Source of the DNA: an uncultured Verrucomicrobiae bacterium
GTDB taxonomy: Bacteria > Verrucomicrobiota > Verrucomicrobiia > Chthoniobacterales > JAFAMB01
Direction: 5' to 3'
Length of the DNA stretch: 64,000 nt
Assembly: GCA_963762565.1 (NCBI GenBank)
Contig: CAVXLD010000001.1
Location: 1,216,001 to 1,280,000, forward strand
Shown here: positions 1 through 10,016 of the stretch, one piece after another
How the letters are laid out: each line of letters begins with the position of its first letter
Numbering within the stretch: the first letter of the stretch is position 1
The notes under the pieces: model-generated
The model's input: only the letters and a program-made list of their open reading frames with translations
The model's database searches: none
Told to the model about the DNA's origin: nothing
Translations under genes and position numbers: made by a program

Positions 1-687
1 CTGTCCACTGGGCGCGGGTTCACTGCCAATCTGGCCTGCCGAATTAACCGTGTTCTGCGCTTGAACCGCGTTCACAATATCCGAAACAGTCATATTTAAC
101 CGGGCTAGCTCGTCCGGTTTCAGCCACAAACGCATCGCGTACTGTCCGGCGCCCGAGATTTGGACATTGGAGATGCCGCGCACCCGGGTAAGCGCATCAT
201 TCAGATTGATATAGGCATAGTTCGACAGGAAGAGGGCGTCCCGGCTTCCATCCGGCGAATAGAGAGCAATCACCATGAGCGGCGCTGCTAACGATTTTTG
301 GACGGTCACGCCGAGGTTGTTGACAGCGCTCGGCAACTGAGACGCTGCTTGCGTTTCCCGCATTTGCGCTAGGATCTGATCCGTATTGGGATCAGACGCC
401 AGGTCGAAATCGACAGTCAACACCATTTGGCCGCTGTTAGCGTTGACCGAATACATGTAGTTCATGTTGTCGACGCCGCTCATCTGTTGCTCAATCGGCG
501 TAGCCACAGCCTGTTCTACGGTGCGCGCATCCGCTCCCGTATAGTTAGCGGTGATCACAGTCTGAGGAGTGACGATTTCCGGAAACAAGGAGACCGGTAG
601 AACATTGGTCGAGATTCCGCCAACGATGACCGTTAGAACGGAAATAACGATCGCCACGATCGGCCGGTTAATAAAGAACTTAGACAT
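1..687 (-). CDS. RND efflux permease (HAE1/AcrB family), N-terminal part; runs off the window edge
   Basis: Manual translation from ATG at 687: MSKFFINRPIVAIVISVLTVIVGG...LPVSLFPEIVTPQ...VATPIEQQMSGVDNMNYMYS. Paralogous to the adjacent RND gene. Absent from the ORF track because it has no stop in the window. Confidence 0.93.
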   Translation of the reverse strand, partial: MSKFFINRPIVAIVISVLTVIVGGISTNVLPVSLFPEIVTPQTVITANYTGADARTVEQAVATPIEQQMSGVDNMNYMYSVNANSGQMVLTVDFDLASDPNTDQILAQMRETQAASQLPSAVNNLGVTVQKSLAAPLMVIALYSPDGSRDALFLSNYAYINLNDALTRVRGISNVQISGAGQYAMRLWLKPDELARLNMTVSDIVNAVQAQNTVNSAGQIGSEPAPSGQ

Positions 688-779
688 CGAGGGTGCGGCG
701 GTTTTTGGAGTTGCGGGTCACGGGTGTGGTAGGGCGTCAGGGGTGTGTACACGGATAGGACCTATGGGACCTATAGGAC

Positions 780-3700
780 TCATAAGTCGGCTAGCGGCTG
801 CTGCCGCCCGCGGTGTTTACGGCCTACAAAGGCAGCTACGGTTTCGACCATACAGAAGCCGGCCGGGATTAAGAAGATGGCCAGCAAACTGGCTGCGAGC
901 ATTCCGCCGATGACCCCGGTACCTAGTACTTGCCGGGCGACTGCACCCGACCCTGAAGCTAGTGCGAGTGGAATACAGCCAACGATAAAGGCGAATGAGG
1001 TCATCACAATCGGGCGCAGGCGCAAACGCGCGCCGGCCAGCGCGGCATCGACCAGGTTGGCGCCCCGCTCATATTCGGTTTTGGCGAATTCAACGATCAA
1101 TATGGCGTTCTTAGCAACCAGACCGATGATCATGACTAATCCAATCTGCGCATAAACGTTGTTCTCGATCTGCACCAGTATGGGCGGCAGAAATGCCGCG
1201 GTGACCATTCGGCGGAGATATAGCGCGCCTAACGAACCAAAGACGGCGACCGGTGTGCTTAGCAGCACACTGACTGGGAGCCACCAACTTTCATAGAGAG
1301 CGGCGAGAATCAAAAATACGAATAACAACGAAAAACCGAAAATGAGGGCCGGAGGCGCTCCCTGTTGAGCCTTCTTCTCTTGGAATGACATGCCCAAGTA
1401 GTCATATCCCATCTCTGCCGGCATCGTCTGGGCAAAGACCCTTTCCAGCGCACTCATAGCCTGGGCGGAACTGTAGCCTGCTGCCGGGATCGCTTGAATT
1501 TGAGCCGAGCGAAACAGATTGTAGCGCATGGTAAATTCAGGACCGAATTCTCTACGAACACGCACTACTGAAGAAAGAGGCACTGCGTTGTTGTTTTGGT
1601 TCCTGACATAGAACTGGCCAACCTGATCGGCTCTGGTCCGAGATTCTCCGCCGGCCTGCACGTACACTTGCCACTGACGGCCGAAGCGGTTGAAGTAGTT
1701 GACGAAAGAACCACCCAGAAAACTTTGGAGGGTGTTGTAAATATCGGTCAGCGCCACTCCCTGGCTAAGGGCTTTCGCCCGATCGACGTCAAAATAAACC
1801 TGGGGTACGCTGGGGAGCAGTGTCGTAATCACTCGGCCGAGCTCAGGTTGCTGGCGGGCAGCATCCAGGAAAACATCGACGTTGCGCGCCAGAAACTCCG
1901 CGCCTTTGTCGATGCGGTTCTCTAGCACGAAGGACACGCCTCCAGCCACACCGGCTCCGGGAATCGCCGGCGGAGAAAATCCGAATACAGTCCCTTCCGG
2001 AAATTGGAGGAGTTTCAGATTAAGCAGCCCCTTAAGAGCTTGATATTGTTCGGTTATCTTTTTCCGTTCCCCCCAAGGATCCAAAGTTACAAAAAAGAAA
2101 CCGCTATAGGTAGTTTGCACGTTGCTTAGCAAACTGAACCCTGCGATCGCTGTCGTATATCGCACCCCTGGAGTTTGAGCGAGCAATGCTTCGATTTTTC
2201 GGCAGGCCTCATCGGTGCGTTGGAGAGAGGCGGCTTGGGGAAGTTGGAGATTGATGTAGAAATAGCCCTGATCTTCGTCCGGTAGAAAGCTGATGGGCAG
2301 CTGTTGACCGAAAAAGATTGCGACCGCGCCAAACGCGAATAGCAAAATCAGGGTTAGACCTGTTCTACGGATCAGCAAACCCGAGGTGCGCACATATCCG
2401 TCTGTAACCCGACTAAAGAGCCGGTTAAACCAACTAAAGAATCTTTGTAATAGCCCAGTTCGCTCCTGCCGGGGTCGCAACAGCATCGCACACAGGGCTG
2501 GGCTAAGCGTCAGGGCATTGATTGCGGAAAGGAGAACCGAGACCGCGATGGTAACTGCGAACTGTTGATACAGGCGGCCGGTGATACCCGGGATGAAAGC
2601 CGTGGGTACAAAAACCGAGCCGAGTACTAGGGCAACCCCAATAACCGGCGCAGTGATTTCTTTCATCGCTGCGAGCGTCGCCTCTTTGGGAGCTAACCCT
2701 TCGTGGATGTGTCGCTCCACGGCTTCGACGACGACGATGGCGTCATCCACTACCAACCCGATCGCTAAAACCAATCCAAACAGCGAAAGCGTGTTGATCG
2801 AAAAACCGAGCAGAGGGAAGAAAATAAAAGTGCCGATCAATGACACCGGGACCGCCAGCAGCGGAATGAGCGTTGCCCTCCAGCTCTGGAGAAAGAGATA
2901 AACGACGATCACCACTAACCCGAGCGCCTCTAATAAGGTCTTAACCATTTCCTCAATGCCTGCGGTTACCGGCAAGGTGGTATCTAGCGCGATCACATAG
3001 TCCATTCCGCGTGGAAATCGCGCCTTCAGCTCGGCCATCCGTTTTTTGACGCCTTCCGCAGCTGTCAATCCATTGATGCCCGGAAGTTGATAGATCGCGA
3101 GCACGGCGCTGGGCTGACCATTCAATCGGGCGTATGTACTGTAGACTTGTGAGCCGAGCTCAACACTGGCCACATCGCTAATGCGGACAACCGCACCGTT
3201 CGTCGATTGACGCACGATGATACTGCCGAATTGCTCCGGGGTCGTCAGCTGTCCCCGCGCCACCGCCATATAAGTGAATTCCTGACCGTTGGGCACTGGC
3301 TCGCCGCCGGCAAAACCAACCGGATTCACCGCGTTCTGCTGTTGAACGGCGTTAGTAACGTCCGAAACCGTCACATTCAATCGGGCTAGCTGTTCGGGCT
3401 TTAGCCAAATGCGGATCGCGTACTGGCCGGATCCAAAGACCTGCACGTTAGAGATACCGGGGACTCGGGTTAACTGATCGTTGAGATTGATGTAGGCGTA
3501 GTTCGCCAAAAATTGAGAACTATAGCGGCCGTCAGGGGAACGCAAAGCAATCAACATCAGCGGCGCAGCAAACGATTTCTGGACACTGATTCCTTGTGAC
3601 ACCACTTCCGGCGGCAGTTGAGCGCTGGCCTGTGATTGCCGCATCTGCGTCAAAACCTGATCGGTTTTCGGATCGCTGTTTTCGTCAAAATTGACCCTCA

Positions 3701-3968
3701 ACTTCATCTGGCCGGTATTCGAGTTGAGGGAATACATGTAGTTTAACTTATCGACCCCGCTGATCTGCTGCTCGATCGGCGTGGCCACGGATTGCTCCAC
3801 GGTGACGGCATCTGAACCGGGGAAGGTTGCCGAAACTACGATTTCAGGAGGAGTTATGTTCGGATAGAGCGAAACCGGCAAAAATAATAGGCAGGTCAGA
3901 CCGACTATTATTGTCAAAATCGAGAGGACAATAGCGAGGATCGGTCGCTGAATGAAAAATCCGGACAT
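780..3968 (-). CDS. RND efflux permease (HAE1/AcrB family)
   Basis: 1062 aa; MSGFFIQRPI start, GLVVDDAIVVVE (TM4 Asp-Asp), AKNAILIVEFAK and RLRPIVMTS motifs. Confidence 0.97.
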   Translation of the reverse strand: MSGFFIQRPILAIVLSILTIIVGLTCLLFLPVSLYPNITPPEIVVSATFPGSDAVTVEQSVATPIEQQISGVDKLNYMYSLNSNTGQMKLRVNFDENSDPKTDQVLTQMRQSQASAQLPPEVVSQGISVQKSFAAPLMLIALRSPDGRYSSQFLANYAYINLNDQLTRVPGISNVQVFGSGQYAIRIWLKPEQLARLNVTVSDVTNAVQQQNAVNPVGFAGGEPVPNGQEFTYMAVARGQLTTPEQFGSIIVRQSTNGAVVRISDVASVELGSQVYSTYARLNGQPSAVLAIYQLPGINGLTAAEGVKKRMAELKARFPRGMDYVIALDTTLPVTAGIEEMVKTLLEALGLVVIVVYLFLQSWRATLIPLLAVPVSLIGTFIFFPLLGFSINTLSLFGLVLAIGLVVDDAIVVVEAVERHIHEGLAPKEATLAAMKEITAPVIGVALVLGSVFVPTAFIPGITGRLYQQFAVTIAVSVLLSAINALTLSPALCAMLLRPRQERTGLLQRFFSWFNRLFSRVTDGYVRTSGLLIRRTGLTLILLFAFGAVAIFFGQQLPISFLPDEDQGYFYINLQLPQAASLQRTDEACRKIEALLAQTPGVRYTTAIAGFSLLSNVQTTYSGFFFVTLDPWGERKKITEQYQALKGLLNLKLLQFPEGTVFGFSPPAIPGAGVAGGVSFVLENRIDKGAEFLARNVDVFLDAARQQPELGRVITTLLPSVPQVYFDVDRAKALSQGVALTDIYNTLQSFLGGSFVNYFNRFGRQWQVYVQAGGESRTRADQVGQFYVRNQNNNAVPLSSVVRVRREFGPEFTMRYNLFRSAQIQAIPAAGYSSAQAMSALERVFAQTMPAEMGYDYLGMSFQEKKAQQGAPPALIFGFSLLFVFLILAALYESWWLPVSVLLSTPVAVFGSLGALYLRRMVTAAFLPPILVQIENNVYAQIGLVMIIGLVAKNAILIVEFAKTEYERGANLVDAALAGARLRLRPIVMTSFAFIVGCIPLALASGSGAVARQVLGTGVIGGMLAASLLAIFLIPAGFCMVETVAAFVGRKHRGRQQPLADL

Positions 3969-4011
3969 AGTCAGTGCCGTACTAGGCGCTTAGAGGTCAC
4001 CACGGATCTCC

Positions 4012-5189
4012 TTATTGGGATTGTACCGGACGCTCCGGCTTCCATTCAGTTGGCTTAACCAACTCGTTGTCGCGCACTTTCTGTAAGCCTTCGGCTACGA
4101 CCCGCTCCCCTGGTTTCAATCCGTCTTCGACCACCCAAAGAGAGCCTACCCGTTCGCCCACCTTGACCGTCCGGATCTCCGCTTTATTGTCGCCTCCAAC
4201 GACGGCTAGCTCATAACTCGTCTGCAATTCGTTTACCGCACGTTGCGGAACAAGCAATGCCCCATGTAGTGACCTGACGGTGACTCGGACGCGAACAAAT
4301 TGGCCTGGGCGTAAAATATTGTCAGGATTAGGAAATAGGGCGGCCAGCCGGATCGTACCGGTCTGGTTGTCTACCTGGCGGTCGACGGCGGAAAATTTTC
4401 CCTGAGCGGGTACAGTGAACCGTCGGCCAGAATAATCTCTACTGGCGGCGCCGGCGCAGGTGGTACGGTTCGCTTCGATCCGCTCCTGCGCGACTTTCAG
4501 GTAGTCCTGCTCACTGATTTGAAAATAGGCCTTGATCGGATCCACGGTCGAAATCGTCGCGAGCGGATTAGCATCGCTTGGTCCCACGAGATCGCCAATC
4601 CCCGGATTCGCGATCCCGGCAACGCCACCAATGGGTGCCGTGATTTTCGTAAATCCAAATTCAGCTCTGCCTGTCGCACGGCCGCCTCCTGAGCCTTTAC
4701 TGGGCTTTCGCCGCAGTATTGGCCTGAACCGCATTATCTAGGTTTTGTGCGCTTTCGACTTTCTGTTCGAAGAGTTGGGTTTCGCGTTTTTCGGTCTGTT
4801 CGGTTTGAAGCTGGTTCGCCTGGGCTTGGCGAGGCCGCTTTTGCTTGTTCTACCGCTGCTTCGTAGAAGCTCGGATCGACCTGAAACAGCAGATCGCCTT
4901 GCTGGACCACCGTTCCCTCTTTGTAATTTTGCGAGATCAGGTATCCGGAGACGCGTGCCCTGACATCTGCGTCTACCGATCCATCCAAGGACCCAATCCA
5001 TTCCCGCACTACGGGAACATCTTGCTGAATGGCTTCCGTCACGAGGACCTCCGGAGGTCCCGAGATGATGTTATTAGTTCCGGATTTCGAGCATCCCGCG
5101 AAAACAGCAGCGAAAAGGCCGGCTATGGGCTGTACCCCACAGAGGCCTACGAAAAGATGGAATCTCAAAATGCGGGGGAACGGCTTCAT
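4012..5189 (-). pseudogene. RND periplasmic adaptor (membrane fusion protein), frameshifted; may be sequencing indels
   Basis: Split across ORFs 4734-5189 (lipobox-like FAGC, VRARVSGYL...GDLLFQVDP) and 4012-4734 (TKITAPIGG, VDNQTGTIRL, LRPGQFVRV, GLKPGERVVAEGLQKVR). Confidence 0.9.
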
Positions 5190-5850
5190 AAAAAGAAAAC
5201 GCGCAAAGAACTCCTGCGAACCTAGCCATCGCTGGATTCACAGATGAGGGCGGCATCCTGCCTTATTTCTTCGAGCGATGCCCTAGACCACGCGAACGCC
5301 TGATAAATCAAGGGAAAGCAGGAAAAGGAAGCCGGACGAAAAATTCTTCTCCGAGGTGACCGATTTGCTATCGAAAATCAGTTTTTGAGACAAGCCTTAT
5401 CTACAGGCCGCCCTGTCCATATTCCGAAAAAGCGAACCCGGAAGCTCCAGTCCGCTATCACCGCCACCAGCAAAAATCCCTACGCTGCAAATGCAGCGAG
5501 TCAACCGAGAAGAGATAACAGCCGGAGATGAACGAAGATTTACGTAAAACGGCAAGAGCTGGAAGAGCGGAAAGAACGCAAAAAAAAGCGCCGGTAGGGC
5601 GAAAGGGGTGACACTGCGGCGAGGGCGGGTCCTCGGGATGTCTTATCGCCTGAACTCCGGCAACTCCTCGAACTCCTTTTCTTTGCCTTCTCTGCGCTCT
5701 TTTGTGGCTATTCGGCGGGTCTAACTGGGGCTTCCGTTCGTGGCTAGCACAATCGATAGAATTCCAAAGTGGTATCACGAACTTCGCGAGATGCGGATCT
5801 TTTAAAATACCACATCTTCCGCCATGCTCAGCTCAAATTGAGCTGACAAG

Positions 5851-6441
5851 ATGGAGATATTCGATCCCTTCCGCACGCGTGTGCTAGCTGCTTTACTAAT
5901 CAGTTCTTGGGCGATACCAGGCGCTGCCCAAAGCAAATCAGACGCCGCCGGCACCCCCAGTAAAGAAACCGCTGACGCAGATGATGGTCAGCACGATTTC
6001 GATTTCGAATTCGGAGTTGGAAAGTTCATCTTAAACGGCTGCTGCAGCCGCTAACCGGTTCCAACCAATGGGTCAACTCGATGGCACCTCCGTCGTGAGG
6101 AAAGTCTGGGATGGACGCGCTAATCTCGGAGAGTTAGAGGTCACTAATCCTGAAAGTCATATCGAAGGTCTGAGTTTGCGCTTGTACAACCCACAAACCC
6201 ATCAGTGGAACATTTACTGGGCAAACCGAGGAGACGGCAACTTGGGCACTCCTCCGATGATCGGTCAGTTCAGGAAGGGCCGCGGTGAATTCTACGATCG
6301 GAATCATTCAACGGGGCTCCGATCCAGGCCCGATTTATCTTCTCCGAAATTTCTCCAAACTCGTTCCGCTTGGAGCAAGCGTTCTCTGCGGACGGGGGTA
6401 AAACGTGGGAACCGAACTGGATCGCAGACTTTAGCCGCTGA
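5851..6441 (+). pseudogene. Secreted DUF1579-like hypothetical protein, frameshifted
   Basis: Signal peptide then GQHDFDFEFG; continues in other frames as GTSVVRKVWDGRANLGELEV...LRLYNPQTHQWNIYWAN and ...FRLEQAFSADGGKTWEPNWIADFSR, stop at 6439-6441. Confidence 0.7.
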
Positions 6442-6475
6442 TAGGAGCCTCGAGCAGGGCCGCAAAGGACGTACG

Positions 6476-8254
6476 CTAAGGCGCAGCCCCTTCTTCACGA
6501 TCGTAGTTTACAACGTTGTTTGCTGCCTTGATGGAGTGCAGGTAATGCTGCTTAGGCTTGGTATTATCAAACGAATAGGTTTGGGAGCTGGCTTGTCCCT
6601 GGTTTCCGGTAATTTGGAACGAGCTGTTGAACAAGAGGGTATCGGCAGCATTTACCACCTTGACCAAATGGCTGGTGTACTGGTCGACTTGGGAAGGGAG
6701 CCCGATCTCTGCCATCCAATTTCCTTGCTCATCGATAAGGTACTCCTGATCAATGGTTGTGTTCTGCTGACCGGAACCATCAGAGTTGAAAGTCTGAACA
6801 ATATCAGCCGTCAACGGATAAGACAGGTCCCTTACGTTGGTTAACGTGGTCGTCTTCTGTCCGGGACCGGTATTGATATCTTGGTAGGTGCTTTTGGTGG
6901 TCAGCTTCGTGAGTTGAACAATGTCTTGCTCGTACTGGGAAGCGTTAATCACAAACCGCTGCTGATTTGAAAAGCTAGCGTCTTGCTCAACTTTAGTAAC
7001 CAACTTTTCGTGGGGCGACACCAGCACGTAACCTTCGACAGTGAGATGTCGCAGGGATCGAGTGGAGATAGTACCATTCGGGTATCCTTTTTCCTGGCGA
7101 ATGTTTTCCTGAATATCTAGCGGCGGCTGATAGTCACCGGTAACGGTAACGCCGCCCGTCAATGAGCTAGAGTTATAATTCAAGTACACAAACAGGTTGG
7201 CCGAAGCCAAAAAGTAGTTATTCGCGTTGAAGACACTGATCGAAATCGTATGCGGATTCCCATCACTCAACGGCACCGCAAACGGCGAAAGATCGATCCG
7301 GTAAGGCACAAAATTCGAAGTCTGGACCCCCGGAATAGGCGCCCAAAGATAGGGATCAATTCCGCCAGTAAAGATCCAAGGATAAACTGGAGCGAAACCT
7401 GCCACCTGACCGTCAATACTGACTTCCACCTCTCGAAAAGCAGTTCCACCGTACTCGTTGAGTTGTTGGGCTAAATTATCAGGAACATTCGAGTACCAGA
7501 ATTCATCCTGGTACTGATTTTGCGCGAAAACGTCGAGATAGGCGCGAGCAACGGTGGTGGGGATGTTTTGGACCTGTTGGGGAATCGTGAAGGTGAGAGC
7601 CAAAGCGTCGGTGCCAGATTGCAAGGTATAGCTGCCATCCGGCGTGCCGGGTAGAGGATAAACCAGATCGGCTACTACCGGCGCCTGTTCACCACTTCCC
7701 TCGGTATAGGGATAAAAGAGCAGGTAAGCGCTCGCATAGATTACTCCCGTGTACTGGGAGTTTACCAGATTCCCGATATTGATTTCCCCTGACTGGTCGC
7801 TCATGAGCAAGTTGCTGTACTCGGTTAAATCGCGCTCAATATGCCAGGAGGGCCCCAGGGTGGGGCTCGGTTCGGCCGTCGTTCCGATGTAAACCACGGT
7901 GTTCCCGATCGTCATCCGTGCAGTTCGGTCATATTGAACCCCTGCCGTCACGTTGATGTCGCAGACTAAAATCACTTTTGCCCAAGGCCGCGGCGAGTTG
8001 GGCGCTGTTGGCGGAGTGAAAGTGGGATGGGTGTAAGAGAAGTTTTGAGGATTGTAATTATTGAATTCCAAGTTCTCAAACAGCTGCACCTTGGTTGGTG
8101 CTCCGTATTTTGCGGGCGGACTGCTGACAGCTGGATCCGCGGTCATGGTATTACCAGATCCAATCGGGCTTCCGGCGTAACTCGCGCTCCAGAAACCGAG
8201 CGCTGTTAAAACCGAGAAACCAATGAGCCACATCCTGAAAGGTTGACACATCAT
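6476..8254 (-). CDS. Secreted peptide-N4-(N-acetyl-beta-glucosaminyl)asparagine amidase, PNGase A / PNGase H+ family
   Basis: 592 aa with signal peptide; GVQYDRTA, TTAEPS, WHIERDLTEY, DEFWYSNVP, FREVEVSIDG, PWIFTGGIDPYLWAPI motifs typical of the PNGase A family. Confidence 0.88.
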   Translation of the reverse strand: MMCQPFRMWLIGFSVLTALGFWSASYAGSPIGSGNTMTADPAVSSPPAKYGAPTKVQLFENLEFNNYNPQNFSYTHPTFTPPTAPNSPRPWAKVILVCDINVTAGVQYDRTARMTIGNTVVYIGTTAEPSPTLGPSWHIERDLTEYSNLLMSDQSGEINIGNLVNSQYTGVIYASAYLLFYPYTEGSGEQAPVVADLVYPLPGTPDGSYTLQSGTDALALTFTIPQQVQNIPTTVARAYLDVFAQNQYQDEFWYSNVPDNLAQQLNEYGGTAFREVEVSIDGQVAGFAPVYPWIFTGGIDPYLWAPIPGVQTSNFVPYRIDLSPFAVPLSDGNPHTISISVFNANNYFLASANLFVYLNYNSSSLTGGVTVTGDYQPPLDIQENIRQEKGYPNGTISTRSLRHLTVEGYVLVSPHEKLVTKVEQDASFSNQQRFVINASQYEQDIVQLTKLTTKSTYQDINTGPGQKTTTLTNVRDLSYPLTADIVQTFNSDGSGQQNTTIDQEYLIDEQGNWMAEIGLPSQVDQYTSHLVKVVNAADTLLFNSSFQITGNQGQASSQTYSFDNTKPKQHYLHSIKAANNVVNYDREEGAAP

Positions 8255-8348
8255 AACATAACAAGCATCCCGTTAGACCTTTGGTCTTAATCGATATCCG
8301 AGGGGCAGTCGACATTTTTTTGGTGGTAGGGTGAGGGGCAGCAGCGCG

Positions 8349-8555
8349 TGGTAGGGCGAGGCTCCGGAACGACCGAAAAGCAACTCGCAGGGCGAGATGG
8401 CACTGACTAGGTATATGGGATCCAACACCTCGAAGCTGCGAGCCGCGGGTGGCGCCACCAACGGCTCGCACCTCTTAGACGCTGCACCCCGATTACCGAG
8501 TAAAGGTTGTTCCGCTGCGACCCCGTTTCGGTCTTTCCGGAGCCTCGCCCTACCA
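8349..8555. repeat. Split-REP doublet, copy A (nested inverted repeats)
   Basis: Outer IR TGGTAGGGCGAGGCTCCGGAA / TTCCGGAGCCTCGCCCTACCA; inner IR GCGAGCCG (8438) / CGGCTCGC (8462). Confidence 0.9.
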
Positions 8556-8558
8556 TTT

Positions 8559-8585
8559 TGTCACAAATCAGTGCCTTAACCGGTC
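8559..8585 (+). promoter_or_regulatory. ECF41-like promoter
   Basis: TGTCACA-N16-GGTC versus the ECF41 consensus TGTCACA-N16-CGTC; lies upstream of an operon with a CMD gene. Confidence 0.5.
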
Positions 8586-8628
8586 TCTCTTCCTGGAAGA
8601 GAGCGGGTTGAAAATTTTTTATTCGAAA

Positions 8629-8656
8629 CGTCGAAATGCGCTTGGCCAGGAACGTC
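8629..8656 (+). promoter_or_regulatory. ECF42-like promoter
   Basis: CGTCGA-N18-CGTC versus ECF42 elements TGTCGA and CG(A/T)C; directly upstream of a DGPF/YciI gene. Confidence 0.4.
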
Positions 8657-8707
8657 TTGTTTGATGAGACCGCGAAGATTTCGGGTCTAATACAAGGACA
8701 CAACGCT

Positions 8708-9100
8708 ATGAACTACATGCTCTTGGTTGCCGAGACCCAAACCGACTTCGACAGACGAAGTGAGCCAGCTCGGGCGGCTTTCCTCGGTGAAGCCTGGAAA
8801 GCCTACAGCGATGCGCTCCAGAAAGCAGGGGTCTTAGTCAGGGGGTCAGGGCTGCAACCACCTCAGACGGCCACCACGGTGCGAGTGAGAGATGGCAAAC
8901 GCCTCGTACAAGACGGCGCATTTGCCGAGTCCAAAGAACTGGTGGCCAGTGTGATTGTCATCGAAGCGCCTGATCTGGACCAGGCATTAGAATGGGCCGC
9001 TCGCTGTCCAGCAGCAGCGTGGGGCGCAGTTGAGGTTCGACCAGTTTGCAAGGAGCCTAAGAACCGCCAATCAAGCCGGAGCGACCGACAACGCGGATGA
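8708..9100 (+). CDS. YciI / DGPF-domain protein
   Basis: MNYMLLV...GSGLQPPQTATTVRVRDGKRLVQDGAFAESKE...IEAPDLDQALEWAARCP...GAVEVRP; AAGGA RBS before ATG 8708. Confidence 0.9.
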   Translation: MNYMLLVAETQTDFDRRSEPARAAFLGEAWKAYSDALQKAGVLVRGSGLQPPQTATTVRVRDGKRLVQDGAFAESKELVASVIVIEAPDLDQALEWAARCPAAAWGAVEVRPVCKEPKNRQSSRSDRQRG

Positions 9101-9156
9101 GCAGTAACTCATCGCTAGCACAGATTTGAAATTAATAATGCAATGAAAGGTAAACC

Positions 9157-9811
9157 ATGAATGAGCCATTTCTTCCTCCAATCGAAAAGCCTAACGGATT
9201 CATTAAGAAGATGGTCTATGCGATGAGTCGTAAACAGTTCGGCAAAGTTCCAACTCCGGTGAAGGTCTTTGCCGCGCGCATGCCAACCGCGTTCGGGATG
9301 TTCTATGGCAAGATCATCAACTAGATAAAAAGTTGCAGCTACCGCGAGAGACGGTGTTCCTGATTCGCGAACAGGTGGCCCGGATTAACGTATGCCTTTT
9401 CTGCACCGATATCGGGCGCTTTTTCGCCATGAAAGAGGCGATGAGTGAGGCAAATCGACGCGCTCCCGGAGCACCGGACCAGCGCTCTCTTCACCGATGC
9501 AGAACGCGCAGCCCTAGATTACGTGACGGAACTAACCCAGGATAAAAAGGGTCAGTCAGAGCACGTTCAATCGCTTAGCCGGCTGTTATTCCGAAGGCCA
9601 GATCTGCGAGATCGTCTGGCTCGTGGCCACCGAGCATGTTTATAACATGGCCAATATCGGTCTGAACATTCATTCCGATATGCTCTGCGACATTCAGCAA
9701 GAAAGCGCGTTCGGCGAGTACAGTGCATGCCGCTTCTGCGAACTGAGGCGGAAAGAAGGAGGGATCGCGTACCCGCGATCAGCAGTTGTGGTAGGGCGGG
9801 TCCAATCCTGA
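9157..9811 (+). pseudogene. Carboxymuconolactone decarboxylase (CMD/AhpD-like) family protein, frameshifted; 3' end uncertain
   Basis: MNEPFLPPIEKP...RKQFGKVPTP from 9157, then LIREQVARINVCLFCTDI (CxxC), TSALFTDAERAALDYVTELT and EIVWLVATEHVYN in different frames. Confidence 0.8.
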
Positions 9812-9990
9812 ACGGGACGGCGGCGGGGACGGGCATTTTGCTCGGTCTATGGGGTGCATCGTCTAAAAGCTGCCGAGCCGTGGACCGCGCGACCCACGGC
9901 TCGGCAGCTATCAGACCTCGCACACCACATACAGACCACCTGTCTTTGGCGCTGCTAAAACTCCCAGGTATTCCGGAGCCTCGCCCTACC
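9789..9990. repeat. Split-REP doublet, copy B (inverted relative to copy A)
   Basis: TGGTAGGGCG...AGCTGCCGAGCCGTGG / CCACGGCTCGGCAGCT...TTCCGGAGCCTCGCCCTACC. Confidence 0.85.
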
Positions 9991-10016
9991 GACGCTCCGG
10001 AGCCTTATCCACCCGA

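Noticed and set aside
6442..6844. C-terminal part of the 258-aa ORF 6068-6844
   Set aside because: Out-of-frame read-through after an indel, running antisense into the PNGase gene; the repaired gene ends at 6441.
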